A stretch of 64,000 bases of DNA from a virus (taxonomy: Duplodnaviria > Caudoviricetes), in the IMG/VR virus record IMGVR_UViG_3300036802_000112, positions 96,001 to 160,000 of that record; one strand, 5' to 3'. The translations under genes and the position numbers were made by a program. Below, piece after piece: positions 19,398 to 28,997 of this stretch. The notes beneath the pieces were generated by a model that was not told the DNA's origin, did not search any database, and worked only from the letters and a program-made list of their open reading frames with translations. How positions within the stretch are numbered: the stretch's first letter is position 1; each line of letters opens with the position of its first letter.

Positions 19398-20189
19398 ATG
19401 ACATTAGCAATTAAAGACAGTAAATGGATTAAGCGTTTTGACGTCGCTAAACTATTAGAGGATTCTTTAGACATGTCGTATTGGAAAGGGGATGATTGTA
19501 CAAAAGGAGTTTTCTTTACAGATGAATACGGTTACGCATTAAATAAAGTAGTAGCTATACGAGTTCATCATGACGAAGATGCTCCAGAAGTCTTCTACTC
19601 ATTTAATGAGAAGGATGACGAAGAATGTGGACCAGTCGTAACAGAGTATCCATATGAAGAGTTATCGTTATTACCTCGTAAACATCATTTACTATTTGAG
19701 GATACAAAAGTAGAGAAGAAAAATCTAGACAAAGTATTCGAAAGAAAAGAGGTGTTAAAATCAATTCAAATTGAACCGAAAACAATTGTGGAGAAGATCG
19801 AAGAGGAAATTCCAAATAAACGTCAACGTGATCGAACACAGTTGAAAATAAAGGTTCGGGATAACGAAGTGTTGTTTGAAGCACATAAGAAAAAGAAAGT
19901 TACTTTTTCGGAAATCATTAAGTATGATACAATTACAACGCGAGACATTATTGAACTACAACAACCTACATATGATTTAAGTCATTGGGAGACAGATAAA
20001 AAGACCAATGAAATAAACGGGGCAATCAATGCACATACGTTATGCTATTTACTTCATGTGTTTCAGGATTTTAATTCTGTATTTTTGCACTTTGAAGAAA
20101 ATAGAGTTTTTATCGTAGGTAATCCAAATGATGTTAATATAAATGGAACGCCTACAATAGAAGTCGTTGTTAGTTTAATGAAGCTTTAA
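19398..20189 (+). CDS. Second putative beta-clamp-like protein
   Basis: KGVFFTDEYGYALNKVVAIRV; INAHTLCYLLHVF..SVFLHF; C-terminal VVSLMKL resembling DnaN VVMPMRL. Confidence 0.45.
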   Translation: MTLAIKDSKWIKRFDVAKLLEDSLDMSYWKGDDCTKGVFFTDEYGYALNKVVAIRVHHDEDAPEVFYSFNEKDDEECGPVVTEYPYEELSLLPRKHHLLFEDTKVEKKNLDKVFERKEVLKSIQIEPKTIVEKIEEEIPNKRQRDRTQLKIKVRDNEVLFEAHKKKKVTFSEIIKYDTITTRDIIELQQPTYDLSHWETDKKTNEINGAINAHTLCYLLHVFQDFNSVFLHFEENRVFIVGNPNDVNINGTPTIEVVVSLMKL

Positions 20190-20212
20190 TGTGTTTTAGA
20201 GGAGGAAATGGT

Positions 20213-23200
20213 GTGAGTTGGTACAGTAAGGTTAATAAATATATAGATGATAACTTAATGGATTTCATCAAAGAGTTCTTCGGAGCGAATGCAAATACAG
20301 AGAAAATCGCCAGAGCTATTCGTGTTAGTCCTGCGCCATGTTGTGGTCATAACGATTGTTTCTCATTCGCAACTGAGAAAAATGCATTCAACTGTTTCTC
20401 TTGTAGAAAAAGCGGCAACAGAATTAAATCGTTGCAATACTTATTCGGTAATGAAAAAGACGCGAATAAGGCACTTTCTAAATGGGCAGGCGTTGAGTAC
20501 CTAGAAGATCGTGTATATGACGAACAAACGAGAAAGAAAATGGAGAAGGAAGAAAGACTGCAAGAGTTATATAGAATTGCTATTCTCCATTACACGTTCC
20601 AAATGCAAGACGAAACGGAATCTACGGCTTTAGCTATGCAAACAGGGAAAGAGCATGGTTGTCGTAAACACCAACTTGATTTCCTAAAGAAATATAAAGT
20701 TGGGTATTCAAGTGGTTGGGACTTCCTTCGCAATGCATTAGAAAAATCACCGAAGGGCTTCACAAAAGAAGAAATAGAAGAAGCGAAAAGTTTCATCTCT
20801 ATTCCAGAAGGATACTTTGTTTACCCTTATTATGATAAAGCAGGAAACTTAATTCGTATCAATACTAAATTGTTCGAAAGAAAATGTTTAGGTTCTTACG
20901 ATAGAGATACAGGAAGGTATGGTTACGATTGTGGCTATAGAACAAAAGACCTTTCCAAGAAATCACGAGAAACACATGAGCATCTAAAGAAACATAAGAT
21001 GGCCGGAGATGGTTTTTCACGCGGTGAGAAAACAAATGCATTTTACTTTGATCCAGAATCTATACAAAGAAAGCGATTCGCTATTCTTGTGGAAGGTGAA
21101 AATGATGTAATCTCGGCTGACGAAGAAATGGCAAATCTCCCTGAAAGTTATCGAAGAGATTTCGCTATCATCGGTTTAGGCGGTCAAATGGATGAAGAAA
21201 GTTTTGAGAGTCTATTCCTTCGTCAATTCGAAAAGATTTATGAGTGTTTCGACCACGACGATGCAGGAGATAAATACAGAAATTTGTTAGATGAAAAACT
21301 ACCTGACGTTCCTGTATACTCTATCCTATTCGATGACGATATCAATGATATCGATGCATGGCTTAAATCTCATTTGTATAATCCAGGTGATTTCAAAGAT
21401 GCTATTGATAATGCAGCGTACAGAGATACAAAGCATTATATCATCGAACGAGAAACATCAAAGCACCATTGGAGATTAAAGAACAGACAATTCGAAATTA
21501 CTTTCGATGTTTCCAAAGCGAATCATCAGAAAGGTACCATTGATGGAACAATCAGTGTTTACAAAGGCGGTCAACCTACGTTCAAGAAAACTGGAGATTT
21601 AATGAACACGAAGATTGACCCAGCTTTAAACACAACAAAATTGTTATTCGCAGAAGAAGTAGATAAGTATTACAACGATGTTGAGATGGTAGCGGATAAA
21701 CCGAAGCGTTCGTATTGGGAACTGATTAATATATTTAAATACACAAGTAAACAAAACCAAGTCATTAGACAGTTAGCTTGGTACTTACATCAGAAAGATA
21801 TAAAAGAATTCCAAGCTGCAGCATCAAAACTAGGTGCGTTAGGTCAAGAAGTGAAGGCACAAATTCTACAAGAAGTAAATTCTATAGAAAACCAACAGTT
21901 CGACCCAAACATTACACCGCCAATTATTACGTTATCTCAGTTCTTTAACATTCCAAACAATGACGCTTTCTTCTACTTCTCGAAAATTATTAATGAAGAA
22001 GATGTTACGAAAGCTGTTCCTTGTTTAATAACAAACAAGAAAGAAGAAATCCGTTTGGACCTGATGAAGAAGAGTGATCCGCAAAGTATCTTGCTGATTA
22101 AAAATAAATATCAACTTCCAACTGAAGTTCCGATAACAATCATGAACCAAAATGAAGTTTCTTTACAACGTTATTGGGTAGAACGTTGGAAGAATGAACA
22201 ATTAGATCCTGCGGAGTATGACCCGTCTAAATTAATTAAAGAAATTGAAGATTTCATTAGAGGTTCGTATTACCTGCATGATGATACGTTAAAAGTATTA
22301 TCGTTATGGATCTATTCAACATATTTCTATATGTTATTCCAAAGCGGATTCCCTTACTTATTAATCACCGGGGAAAAAGGAACGGGTAAATCAACTGCCG
22401 ATTTCCTAATCTACTTGTTATCTCTTAATCCTAAGTTTGCACTGCACATGTCGGAATCATCATTATTCCGTGCAATCAGTCAGCAGGGCGGAACGTTTAT
22501 CCTGGATGAGTTAGAGAACCTAACAGACAAGAAATCAGTTGATGGAAATGCATTTGCGACAATCCTAAAAGGTGGGTATTCTAACTTCGGTAGAATTTAC
22601 AGAACAAATATGGAAAACGGTATTGCGATGATTGAGGAACATTCAGCGTTTGGCCCGAAAGTAATTTCAAACATCAACGGATTAGATGATGTAATCGGTG
22701 ACCGTTGTATCTTCATTAAAACTGCGCGTGCACCGGAATCGAAATTGAAATTCTTGAAAGACCCGCAAATTTATAGAGAGCAAGAACGTTCCAAAGCACA
22801 CTCAATCACTTCGAGATGTGTAATATCAGCGTTAGAATACTTCCAAACTGTAAACGAAATTTACAACGATGCAAATAACAAAGTAATGACTGGTAATGCT
22901 CGTCTATCGCAAATCATCTTACCGTTAGTAGCGATGGCTAAATTTGTAGGTGGAGATTACGAAGAAGCTTTAATGCGATTCTACCGCGACGATATCGCAC
23001 CTGTAAAAGAAGAGTTATCTGTTTCTACACAAGAGGGTATGGTTAAGAACATCTTGAAAATTGTTGCACAAGAGCTTACAGGTATCAGAGAATCGAAATG
23101 GGCAACGAATGAAAAGATACACACGCATACTGTTCCAATCACATATCATCGTGAAACTGGCATATTTGAAATGGACTTACTGCACTTTATGGTACTTGGT

Positions 23201-23461
23201 GAAGAATCGAATGACGGTATAGAACTTGAATTGAAATCTTTACGCAATACAATTAAGATGATATTCAAAAGCGCAACCGACTTTAAAAACAGTGCGACAC
23301 CAAAGAATTTAACCATCCATGATGAGTCATTACAAAGAAGGTTAAATAATCAGAAGAACATCAGAACAACGTTATTTAGATTTAACGTCAACGATTATCT
23401 GAGTGAATCAGAAAAGCAAACGTTGCATAATAACTCTGTTCCAGAAACATCACTATTCTAA
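20213..23461 (+). CDS. DNA primase-helicase fusion (Zn finger, TOPRIM, P-loop NTPase)
   Basis: CC..H..C...FNCFSC Zn finger; VEGEND and FDHDDAG TOPRIM motifs; GEKGTGKS Walker A, ILDE Walker B. Confidence 0.88.
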   Translation: MSWYSKVNKYIDDNLMDFIKEFFGANANTEKIARAIRVSPAPCCGHNDCFSFATEKNAFNCFSCRKSGNRIKSLQYLFGNEKDANKALSKWAGVEYLEDRVYDEQTRKKMEKEERLQELYRIAILHYTFQMQDETESTALAMQTGKEHGCRKHQLDFLKKYKVGYSSGWDFLRNALEKSPKGFTKEEIEEAKSFISIPEGYFVYPYYDKAGNLIRINTKLFERKCLGSYDRDTGRYGYDCGYRTKDLSKKSRETHEHLKKHKMAGDGFSRGEKTNAFYFDPESIQRKRFAILVEGENDVISADEEMANLPESYRRDFAIIGLGGQMDEESFESLFLRQFEKIYECFDHDDAGDKYRNLLDEKLPDVPVYSILFDDDINDIDAWLKSHLYNPGDFKDAIDNAAYRDTKHYIIERETSKHHWRLKNRQFEITFDVSKANHQKGTIDGTISVYKGGQPTFKKTGDLMNTKIDPALNTTKLLFAEEVDKYYNDVEMVADKPKRSYWELINIFKYTSKQNQVIRQLAWYLHQKDIKEFQAAASKLGALGQEVKAQILQEVNSIENQQFDPNITPPIITLSQFFNIPNNDAFFYFSKIINEEDVTKAVPCLITNKKEEIRLDLMKKSDPQSILLIKNKYQLPTEVPITIMNQNEVSLQRYWVERWKNEQLDPAEYDPSKLIKEIEDFIRGSYYLHDDTLKVLSLWIYSTYFYMLFQSGFPYLLITGEKGTGKSTADFLIYLLSLNPKFALHMSESSLFRAISQQGGTFILDELENLTDKKSVDGNAFATILKGGYSNFGRIYRTNMENGIAMIEEHSAFGPKVISNINGLDDVIGDRCIFIKTARAPESKLKFLKDPQIYREQERSKAHSITSRCVISALEYFQTVNEIYNDANNKVMTGNARLSQIILPLVAMAKFVGGDYEEALMRFYRDDIAPVKEELSVSTQEGMVKNILKIVAQELTGIRESKWATNEKIHTHTVPITYHRETGIFEMDLLHFMVLGEESNDGIELELKSLRNTIKMIFKSATDFKNSATPKNLTIHDESLQRRLNNQKNIRTTLFRFNVNDYLSESEKQTLHNNSVPETSLF

Positions 23462-23464
23462 CGA

Positions 23465-23496
23465 AAAGACCGCTAAGTATACTTAGTGGTCTTTTT
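23465..23496 (+). terminator. Rho-independent terminator
   Basis: AAAAGACCGCTAAG-tata-CTTAGTGGTCTTTTT. Confidence 0.7.
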
Positions 23497-23517
23497 ATAT
23501 TTTAGGAGGATAAAAAT

Positions 23518-23781
23518 ATGAAAAGAAGAACACGATTAGTATACGACGATGCGAGTTTTATCGAGGCGGAATACCTAGACGGAACATGCCCGGGGTGTAA
23601 GATATGGGAAGCACCTACAACTGTAGAAGATTTACGTAAAAGCAAAGAGCTACATGCACACGTAGGTTCAGGTCCTATCTTACAAGAAAAGAACGTTCGG
23701 TATAGAAAGTTAGTTTGGAAAGAATATTTCAAATGCCCTATATGCCAAATGAAATTCTCTATTAAATTTAATGACTTTTAA
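23518..23781 (+). CDS. Small zinc-binding protein
   Basis: CPGC...CPIC; AGGAGG SD. Confidence 0.7.
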   Translation: MKRRTRLVYDDASFIEAEYLDGTCPGCKIWEAPTTVEDLRKSKELHAHVGSGPILQEKNVRYRKLVWKEYFKCPICQMKFSIKFNDF

Positions 23782-23796
23782 TGTCGTTTATAGGCG

Positions 23797-23819
23797 AAAA
23801 CTTGTTATAAGTAAAGTGA
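23797..23819 (+). promoter_or_regulatory. Recurrent phage motif AAAACTTGTTATAAGTAAAGTGA
   Basis: Identical to 5806-5828. Confidence 0.75.
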
Positions 23820-23870
23820 GAGAAGGAAAGAAAAACAAATAAAATATATATAATAAAGGAGAAATGAAAA

Positions 23871-24068
23871 ATGAATGGATTATTAAAAGTAGGTTTACAA
23901 ATAGTAAAAGGTGCAGGGAAATTAATGACAATGGGAGCAATTTATACAGTGTCAAATGAATTACAAAGTATTAACAAACAACAATCAAAACAATTCAATA
24001 GAGATATTAAAGATGGTGTTGAACATTCGGTAAGAAAGTTTAAGTTAATCAAAAACGATGAACAATAA
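23871..24068 (+). CDS. A-rich small early protein with amphipathic N-terminus
   Basis: AAAGGAG SD; followed by a terminator. Confidence 0.7.
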   Translation: MNGLLKVGLQIVKGAGKLMTMGAIYTVSNELQSINKQQSKQFNRDIKDGVEHSVRKFKLIKNDEQ

Positions 24069-24097
24069 TAGTAGCGTATGCTACTATTATTGTTTTT
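24061..24097 (+). terminator. Rho-independent terminator
   Basis: AACAATAATAGTAGC-gtat-GCTACTATTATTGTT plus T run. Confidence 0.8.
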
Positions 24098-24120
24098 CTA
24101 TTTAAGGAGGAAAAAATACA

Positions 24121-24897
24121 ATGACAGAATTTGCAGTAATCACACCGTTCTCATTAAATTGGAAGTTTGTTGTTCCGCATGATTATGAGAGGTTAGAATA
24201 TTTCGTTACACCTCGTGTATCTTTATTATTCCACGAGATCACAAATGGGAAACAAGATTTCGTTATCGGTTCATTCCTTATTAACGAAAGTAACAAAGAT
24301 AAGTTTATGAACGAGATTCTCCCGCAACGTTCTAATCAAAGAATTCAAAAGGCCTTTGAAGATGAAAATGTTTCTGCTTTTCTAAACAGAGAAGATGCAG
24401 AAATTTGCGAACAACTATTTAGAAACGAAGGTTTCTTTTGTCATCGATTAAGTATCTTGTTAGACGGGACACCTGTTGATTTAAGAACATTACCAGCAGA
24501 TGAGTTTTACGAAACGATAGAAACGTTATCTGCATTGAAGGTTGTGTCTGTTATGGACTTTGAAGAGAATGCAACTGAAATAGCTGATATGGTAACAGAA
24601 ACAAGAAAACTCATCGAAGAAGGAATTAGAAAGGAAGAGAGCAGAAAACGTTCGGAGAAAAAGGGATTCACAAAAAGAGTCGCGAACATTCGAGGAGCAT
24701 TAGGAACAGCATCAATGGTTGCATCAGTCGCATGTGGGATAGGAGCAAAGAAGATGGTAAGAAAAGGTGGGTTATTAGGTTTTGCAATAGCAAGCGTTTG
24801 TACAATATTAGGTTTCGGGTTTGCTTCAATTGGTAAGAGTCTAGCCGGAGATAGTATTCAATATTACATGCAAGGGATGGTGAGATTCGGTGTCTAA
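24121..24897 (+). CDS. Hypothetical protein with C-terminal membrane segments
   Basis: GALGTASMVASVACGIG; LLGFAIASVCTILGFGFA. Confidence 0.7.
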   Translation: MTEFAVITPFSLNWKFVVPHDYERLEYFVTPRVSLLFHEITNGKQDFVIGSFLINESNKDKFMNEILPQRSNQRIQKAFEDENVSAFLNREDAEICEQLFRNEGFFCHRLSILLDGTPVDLRTLPADEFYETIETLSALKVVSVMDFEENATEIADMVTETRKLIEEGIRKEESRKRSEKKGFTKRVANIRGALGTASMVASVACGIGAKKMVRKGGLLGFAIASVCTILGFGFASIGKSLAGDSIQYYMQGMVRFGV

Positions 24898-25867
24898 TGA
24901 AATCGTAACAGCTGGACATTACAGCGAAAAGTATTTTAAACGTCCGAACAACAAAAAGAATAGTCCAAATGATTGTCACAAAACGAATGAAGAATTAAAG
25001 TTCATGTGCGATACCGCTTTCGATGCACATATTTCTGCGTTCTTCGGTATAGAAGGTGGGCTTGAAGCATTGACAGATGACAGTGTAGAGTTAACACAAG
25101 CGGCTCAACAAGAAGTTAAGAGTCAAGTCATGCAGGAAAAAGAGTTAAAAACAACAGATGACGCTTTCCACCAAAAGAAATTCGAAAGAGGTAAGGCTAC
25201 TATTACACGAGAATATATCGAGGAAAAGTATGCAGAAGAAAAGGAGAAGATAGCACGAGGTGAATCTATTTCGAATTCAACAGATTTCGTTGTAGAAGAA
25301 CCTAAATCTCCTTATCCTGATGGTTCTCCTTGGAACAGAGATAAACAATCTGGCCCAAGAACTCAAAGTTACTTCGGAGGGAAAGAAAAAGGAATCAACG
25401 GCGAGCGTGTGTATTATAACGATAGAGAAAGAAAAGATACAACTAGCCGTTCAACATCTTCTTATCAAACAGGATCAACAACTAAGGATAGAAGAAAGTT
25501 AGATTCTGTATATGATCATATGGGGCGCATTGCAGATAACACACAAAACGTAGCGATGAAAACGAAACGTTGGAAAGACTACGAAAAAGAAGAAGCAAGA
25601 AACAACACTTCTTGGTCATCAGGAAATGGCAAGCAATCATTATTAGGGCGCATTAAACGTTTCGTACGTAAGCCAAAGTTTAGAGTAACAGCAAAAGTCG
25701 GTATGCTAATGACTCTACAACTCGGAATGGCAATGGTAGGTAAGAAGTACGAATTTGAAGGAATGGGACAAGCTGCTGCATTCCTAGCAATGATGATGGG
25801 AGTATTCTACTTAACAAAAGAATTACAGAACGATGATTTCGATGTTAAGAGTTTCGGAATCTTATAG
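24890..25867 (+). CDS. Hypothetical protein, hydrophilic N-terminus and two C-terminal TM segments
   Basis: 325 aa ORF; VGMLMTLQLGMAMVG; AAAFLAMMMGVFYL. Confidence 0.7.
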   Translation: MSNEIVTAGHYSEKYFKRPNNKKNSPNDCHKTNEELKFMCDTAFDAHISAFFGIEGGLEALTDDSVELTQAAQQEVKSQVMQEKELKTTDDAFHQKKFERGKATITREYIEEKYAEEKEKIARGESISNSTDFVVEEPKSPYPDGSPWNRDKQSGPRTQSYFGGKEKGINGERVYYNDRERKDTTSRSTSSYQTGSTTKDRRKLDSVYDHMGRIADNTQNVAMKTKRWKDYEKEEARNNTSWSSGNGKQSLLGRIKRFVRKPKFRVTAKVGMLMTLQLGMAMVGKKYEFEGMGQAAAFLAMMMGVFYLTKELQNDDFDVKSFGIL

Positions 25868-25868
25868 G

Positions 25869-25897
25869 TTGCAATACCGACCTCCTTATTATATAAT
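25869..25897 (+). promoter_or_regulatory. SigA-type promoter
   Basis: TTGCAA-17 nt-TATAAT. Confidence 0.7.
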
Positions 25898-25926
25898 AGC
25901 CCCATAAGGTAAGGAGGTCGTTGAAC

Positions 25927-26085
25927 ATGAAGGAAGTAGCAAAGAAGGCATTAAAGGAAGTAGCAGTACAAGTTGTAATATTGGTGTGTCAAAAAGCAAT
26001 TGAAGTAGCTGGAAATATACATACAAATAAAACAACAACAGAAGTACCGACACGAGCGTTACCAACACAATCAAAAATTAACTGA
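25927..26085 (+). CDS. Small 52-aa protein missed by the ORF track
   Basis: TAAGGAGGT SD; MKEVAKKALKEVAVQVVILVCQKAIEVAGNIHTNKTTTEVPTRALPTQSKIN*. Confidence 0.7.
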   Translation: MKEVAKKALKEVAVQVVILVCQKAIEVAGNIHTNKTTTEVPTRALPTQSKIN

Positions 26086-26122
26086 TTGTGTTTTCATAAC
26101 ATAAATGAACGAAAAAATAGGC

Positions 26123-26166
26123 AAAGATTATGAGTTCCCTTCGGGGAGCTCATAATCTTTCTTTTG
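26123..26166 (+). terminator. Rho-independent terminator
   Basis: AAAGATTATGAGTTCCC-ttcg-GGGAGCTCATAATCTTT plus T run. Confidence 0.75.
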
Positions 26167-26186
26167 CATAAGAGGGTGGATTATAT

Positions 26187-28184
26187 ATGAGACTGGATTT
26201 AAAGAATAACGAACTTGTCTTCTCGTACATAGAAAAGAATAAGTTAGCGTTATTCCTAGCAGCTTTAGAGAATGGAAAGGGTTTAAAGTACAGAAACTAC
26301 AAAGGAACGATTTACATTCCGTTGAGACACTTTGACGTAGCAAGACAAGTATTAAAAGAGTTTAAAAACGAATTAACTTTCACGCTTAGATACGAAAAGT
26401 TTGCTAGCTTATTCGTATTGAACAAAGATGTTATTAAGATAAAATGGTACCCTTGTGAATGTATCATTACAGGGAGAGTGCCATTTGATTTAATCATTCC
26501 GAATACATCTTACTTTAACAAAGCCGCTTTGCAATCTAAAGCGTACGAGAAGGGGCAATGGGACGGGTTAACGCACATGTTTGATACAATGACAGGTAAG
26601 TTCCCTTCTGGTCTTTTAGAAAGAATTGTGACAGGTCTGAATGAACGCGGTATGCAGTATGATATTGAGAGAATGTTTAATTACCCTGCACCTGAATTAA
26701 CACTGCGTCCTAAATTCGAATTCACGCCTTCTGACGACCAAATAAAAGCGGTTGATGCGTTAGACAGAAGTAACAACGGAATCGCAAAATGCCCAACTGG
26801 ATTCGGTAAAACATCTTACGTAGCAGCTAAGTTAATCAGCCAAAAGGGTGTTAAATCATTATTCTTAGCGAACCAACGTGTACTTATCAATGATGCAAAA
26901 GACGATTTCAAAAAGGTCTTTGCTGATTGTGATATTAAAATCGGAACAATTGGTGACGGTGAGTTTGATCCAGGTGATATTACAGTAGCATCTATCCAAG
27001 GTGTAATTGCAGCACTAACTCCACCATCCCAATTAGAGAAAGATAAGATAGCAAAAGAGTTAATGTTTGCTGAACAACAAGATGACCAACGAACGGTAAA
27101 ACGATTAAAGACAAGAATGAAGAAATTACTAGAAAGAGAAGAAAAATCTCGTTTAATTAAACCATTCCTAGAAGAGGTAGAGTTATTCGTTGTCGATGAA
27201 GGACAAGCGTTAGGCACAGATATGTGGAATAAGTTTTTAAAAGCATGTCCTGCACCTTATCGCTATACATTGTCAGCAACCCCTATCCGTACGGACGGTG
27301 GCGCTTTAGCTATTATAGGAGCAACTGGTGAGCGTAGATTTGAATCTTCTGCTGATGAACAAATTCAAAAAGGAAGACTTTCAGAGTTTAGAAGTTACTT
27401 CCGTAAGTTTGATCATAAAGTTTCTAAAGATGTACAGAAAACATTAACGATGGATTACCACCAAGCATACGAACTATTCATCGTTAACAACAAACCACGA
27501 AACGAATACCTATGTAGTCTTGTGGTTGATTTAGCAAAACAAGGATTCAGTGTGTTAGCCCTTGTTACACGAAAAGCTCATGCTGCAATCATACAACAGA
27601 CACTGTTAGAAATGGGTATGCCTGAGGGAACATTCGCATATGTAGATGGAGATACAGGGAAGAAGAAAAGGAAAACAGCAATCGAAGATTTCCGAGCAAG
27701 TAAGTTCCCTATATTAATCGGTACATCTATTTTCGACGTAGGATTCAATGCTAAGAACGCATCTAAAATTGTCAGATTTAACGGTGGTGGCTCAGAGGTA
27801 CGTGAACCACAAAGGGCAGGACGTACTGTTCGTATGCGTGATGATGGAAGTATAGGGGAAAGTTTCGACTTACTAGACATCAATGTTCCTTTCTTTGAAA
27901 CACAATCTTACAAACGAATTAAAATATTAAAAGAAGAGTTTGGTAATCATCGTGTAGAAGTTATGAGAGATTTACCAATCGAAGGCGAACTAGATATCGT
28001 TGCATTACAAGAGTTCGCAACAAAAGTATCTGAAACAGATGAGCAACGAGGCAAAGAAATCTTAGAACAATTAACGTTTATCAATACAGAATTCGAAGCA
28101 CCGGATGAATTTAGTGAATTAAAAGATGCCTTTGCGGATAGAGATCTACAAGGTATGCTTGCTCAATTAGAATTTAAAGGATAA
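26187..28184 (+). CDS. Superfamily 2 DNA helicase (UvsW-like)
   Basis: PTGFGKT, VVDEGQ, LSATP, FDVGFN, QRAGRTVR motifs. Confidence 0.9.
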   Translation: MRLDLKNNELVFSYIEKNKLALFLAALENGKGLKYRNYKGTIYIPLRHFDVARQVLKEFKNELTFTLRYEKFASLFVLNKDVIKIKWYPCECIITGRVPFDLIIPNTSYFNKAALQSKAYEKGQWDGLTHMFDTMTGKFPSGLLERIVTGLNERGMQYDIERMFNYPAPELTLRPKFEFTPSDDQIKAVDALDRSNNGIAKCPTGFGKTSYVAAKLISQKGVKSLFLANQRVLINDAKDDFKKVFADCDIKIGTIGDGEFDPGDITVASIQGVIAALTPPSQLEKDKIAKELMFAEQQDDQRTVKRLKTRMKKLLEREEKSRLIKPFLEEVELFVVDEGQALGTDMWNKFLKACPAPYRYTLSATPIRTDGGALAIIGATGERRFESSADEQIQKGRLSEFRSYFRKFDHKVSKDVQKTLTMDYHQAYELFIVNNKPRNEYLCSLVVDLAKQGFSVLALVTRKAHAAIIQQTLLEMGMPEGTFAYVDGDTGKKKRKTAIEDFRASKFPILIGTSIFDVGFNAKNASKIVRFNGGGSEVREPQRAGRTVRMRDDGSIGESFDLLDINVPFFETQSYKRIKILKEEFGNHRVEVMRDLPIEGELDIVALQEFATKVSETDEQRGKEILEQLTFINTEFEAPDEFSELKDAFADRDLQGMLAQLEFKG

Positions 28185-28196
28185 GGAGAATGCACA

Positions 28197-28643
28197 GTGA
28201 AAAACACAAAGGTTATTTCAGGATTCCCGGGAGTAGGTAAGACAGTATTATCGAACAAAGAGGGCTTAGTTATCTTAGATTCAGATAGTAGTAATTTTTC
28301 TTGGATTGAAAAAGGAGTAAGAAATCCACACTTCCCTCTAAATTACATGCGACATATCGAAGCAAACTTAGGTGTGGCTGATTACATCTTCGTATCTTCT
28401 CATGATAATGTTCGAAAAGCATTAGAAGACCGCGAGATTGAATACACATTGGTATATCCAAGAATGGATTTAAAAGAGGAATACATTGAACGATATCGAA
28501 ACAGAGGGAATGAAGCAGCATTTATTAACTTCATCGATTCTAAATGGGATGAGTTTATTTCGAACATCGAAAAAGAAACATTCCCTAAACTAGTTGAATT
28601 AACAAATGGAGAATACCTTTCTGACGTTTTAGATACAATATAA
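28197..28643 (+). CDS. Small P-loop (NMP kinase-like) protein
   Basis: ISGFPGVGKT Walker A, DSDSS. Confidence 0.7.
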   Translation: MKNTKVISGFPGVGKTVLSNKEGLVILDSDSSNFSWIEKGVRNPHFPLNYMRHIEANLGVADYIFVSSHDNVRKALEDREIEYTLVYPRMDLKEEYIERYRNRGNEAAFINFIDSKWDEFISNIEKETFPKLVELTNGEYLSDVLDTI

Positions 28644-28669
28644 AAAGAGTGCCCTCGGGCACTCTTTTT
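28642..28669. terminator. Bidirectional terminator between the convergent gene blocks
   Basis: AAAAAGAGTGCC-ctcg-GGCACTCTTTTT. Confidence 0.85.
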
Positions 28670-28931
28670 ATTGTTTGTTTGAAGTTTGCTTAATAACTTG
28701 ATGACCAAGTACAGAAGCACCGCAAACCAAAATACCTTGGATAACAGCTTGAACAGTGAAGCCCATTAATCCTAATGATCCAGCGATACCTAGAACAATT
28801 AGAATCCAAGGAATAATCCAATCAGCAACTTTAGCAGATTGTTTTAAGAAGAAACCAACAACCCATAAAGCGGGAATTAAGATAAGTGCTTCGTCTACGA
28901 TAAATTGTGAAACCATTTCCATTCCATCCAT
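28668..28931 (-). CDS. Holin (Dp-1-type)
   Basis: LILIPALWVVGFFLK...DWIIPWIL...AVIQGILVCGASVLGHQVIKQ; GGGAGG SD. Confidence 0.85.
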   Translation of the reverse strand: MDGMEMVSQFIVDEALILIPALWVVGFFLKQSAKVADWIIPWILIVLGIAGSLGLMGFTVQAVIQGILVCGASVLGHQVIKQTSNKQ

Positions 28932-28997
28932 AATCAAAAACCTCCCTTTTCTTTTGGTATGGTTATATTTTACCACGAGAAAAAGGAGGTTGCCTAT

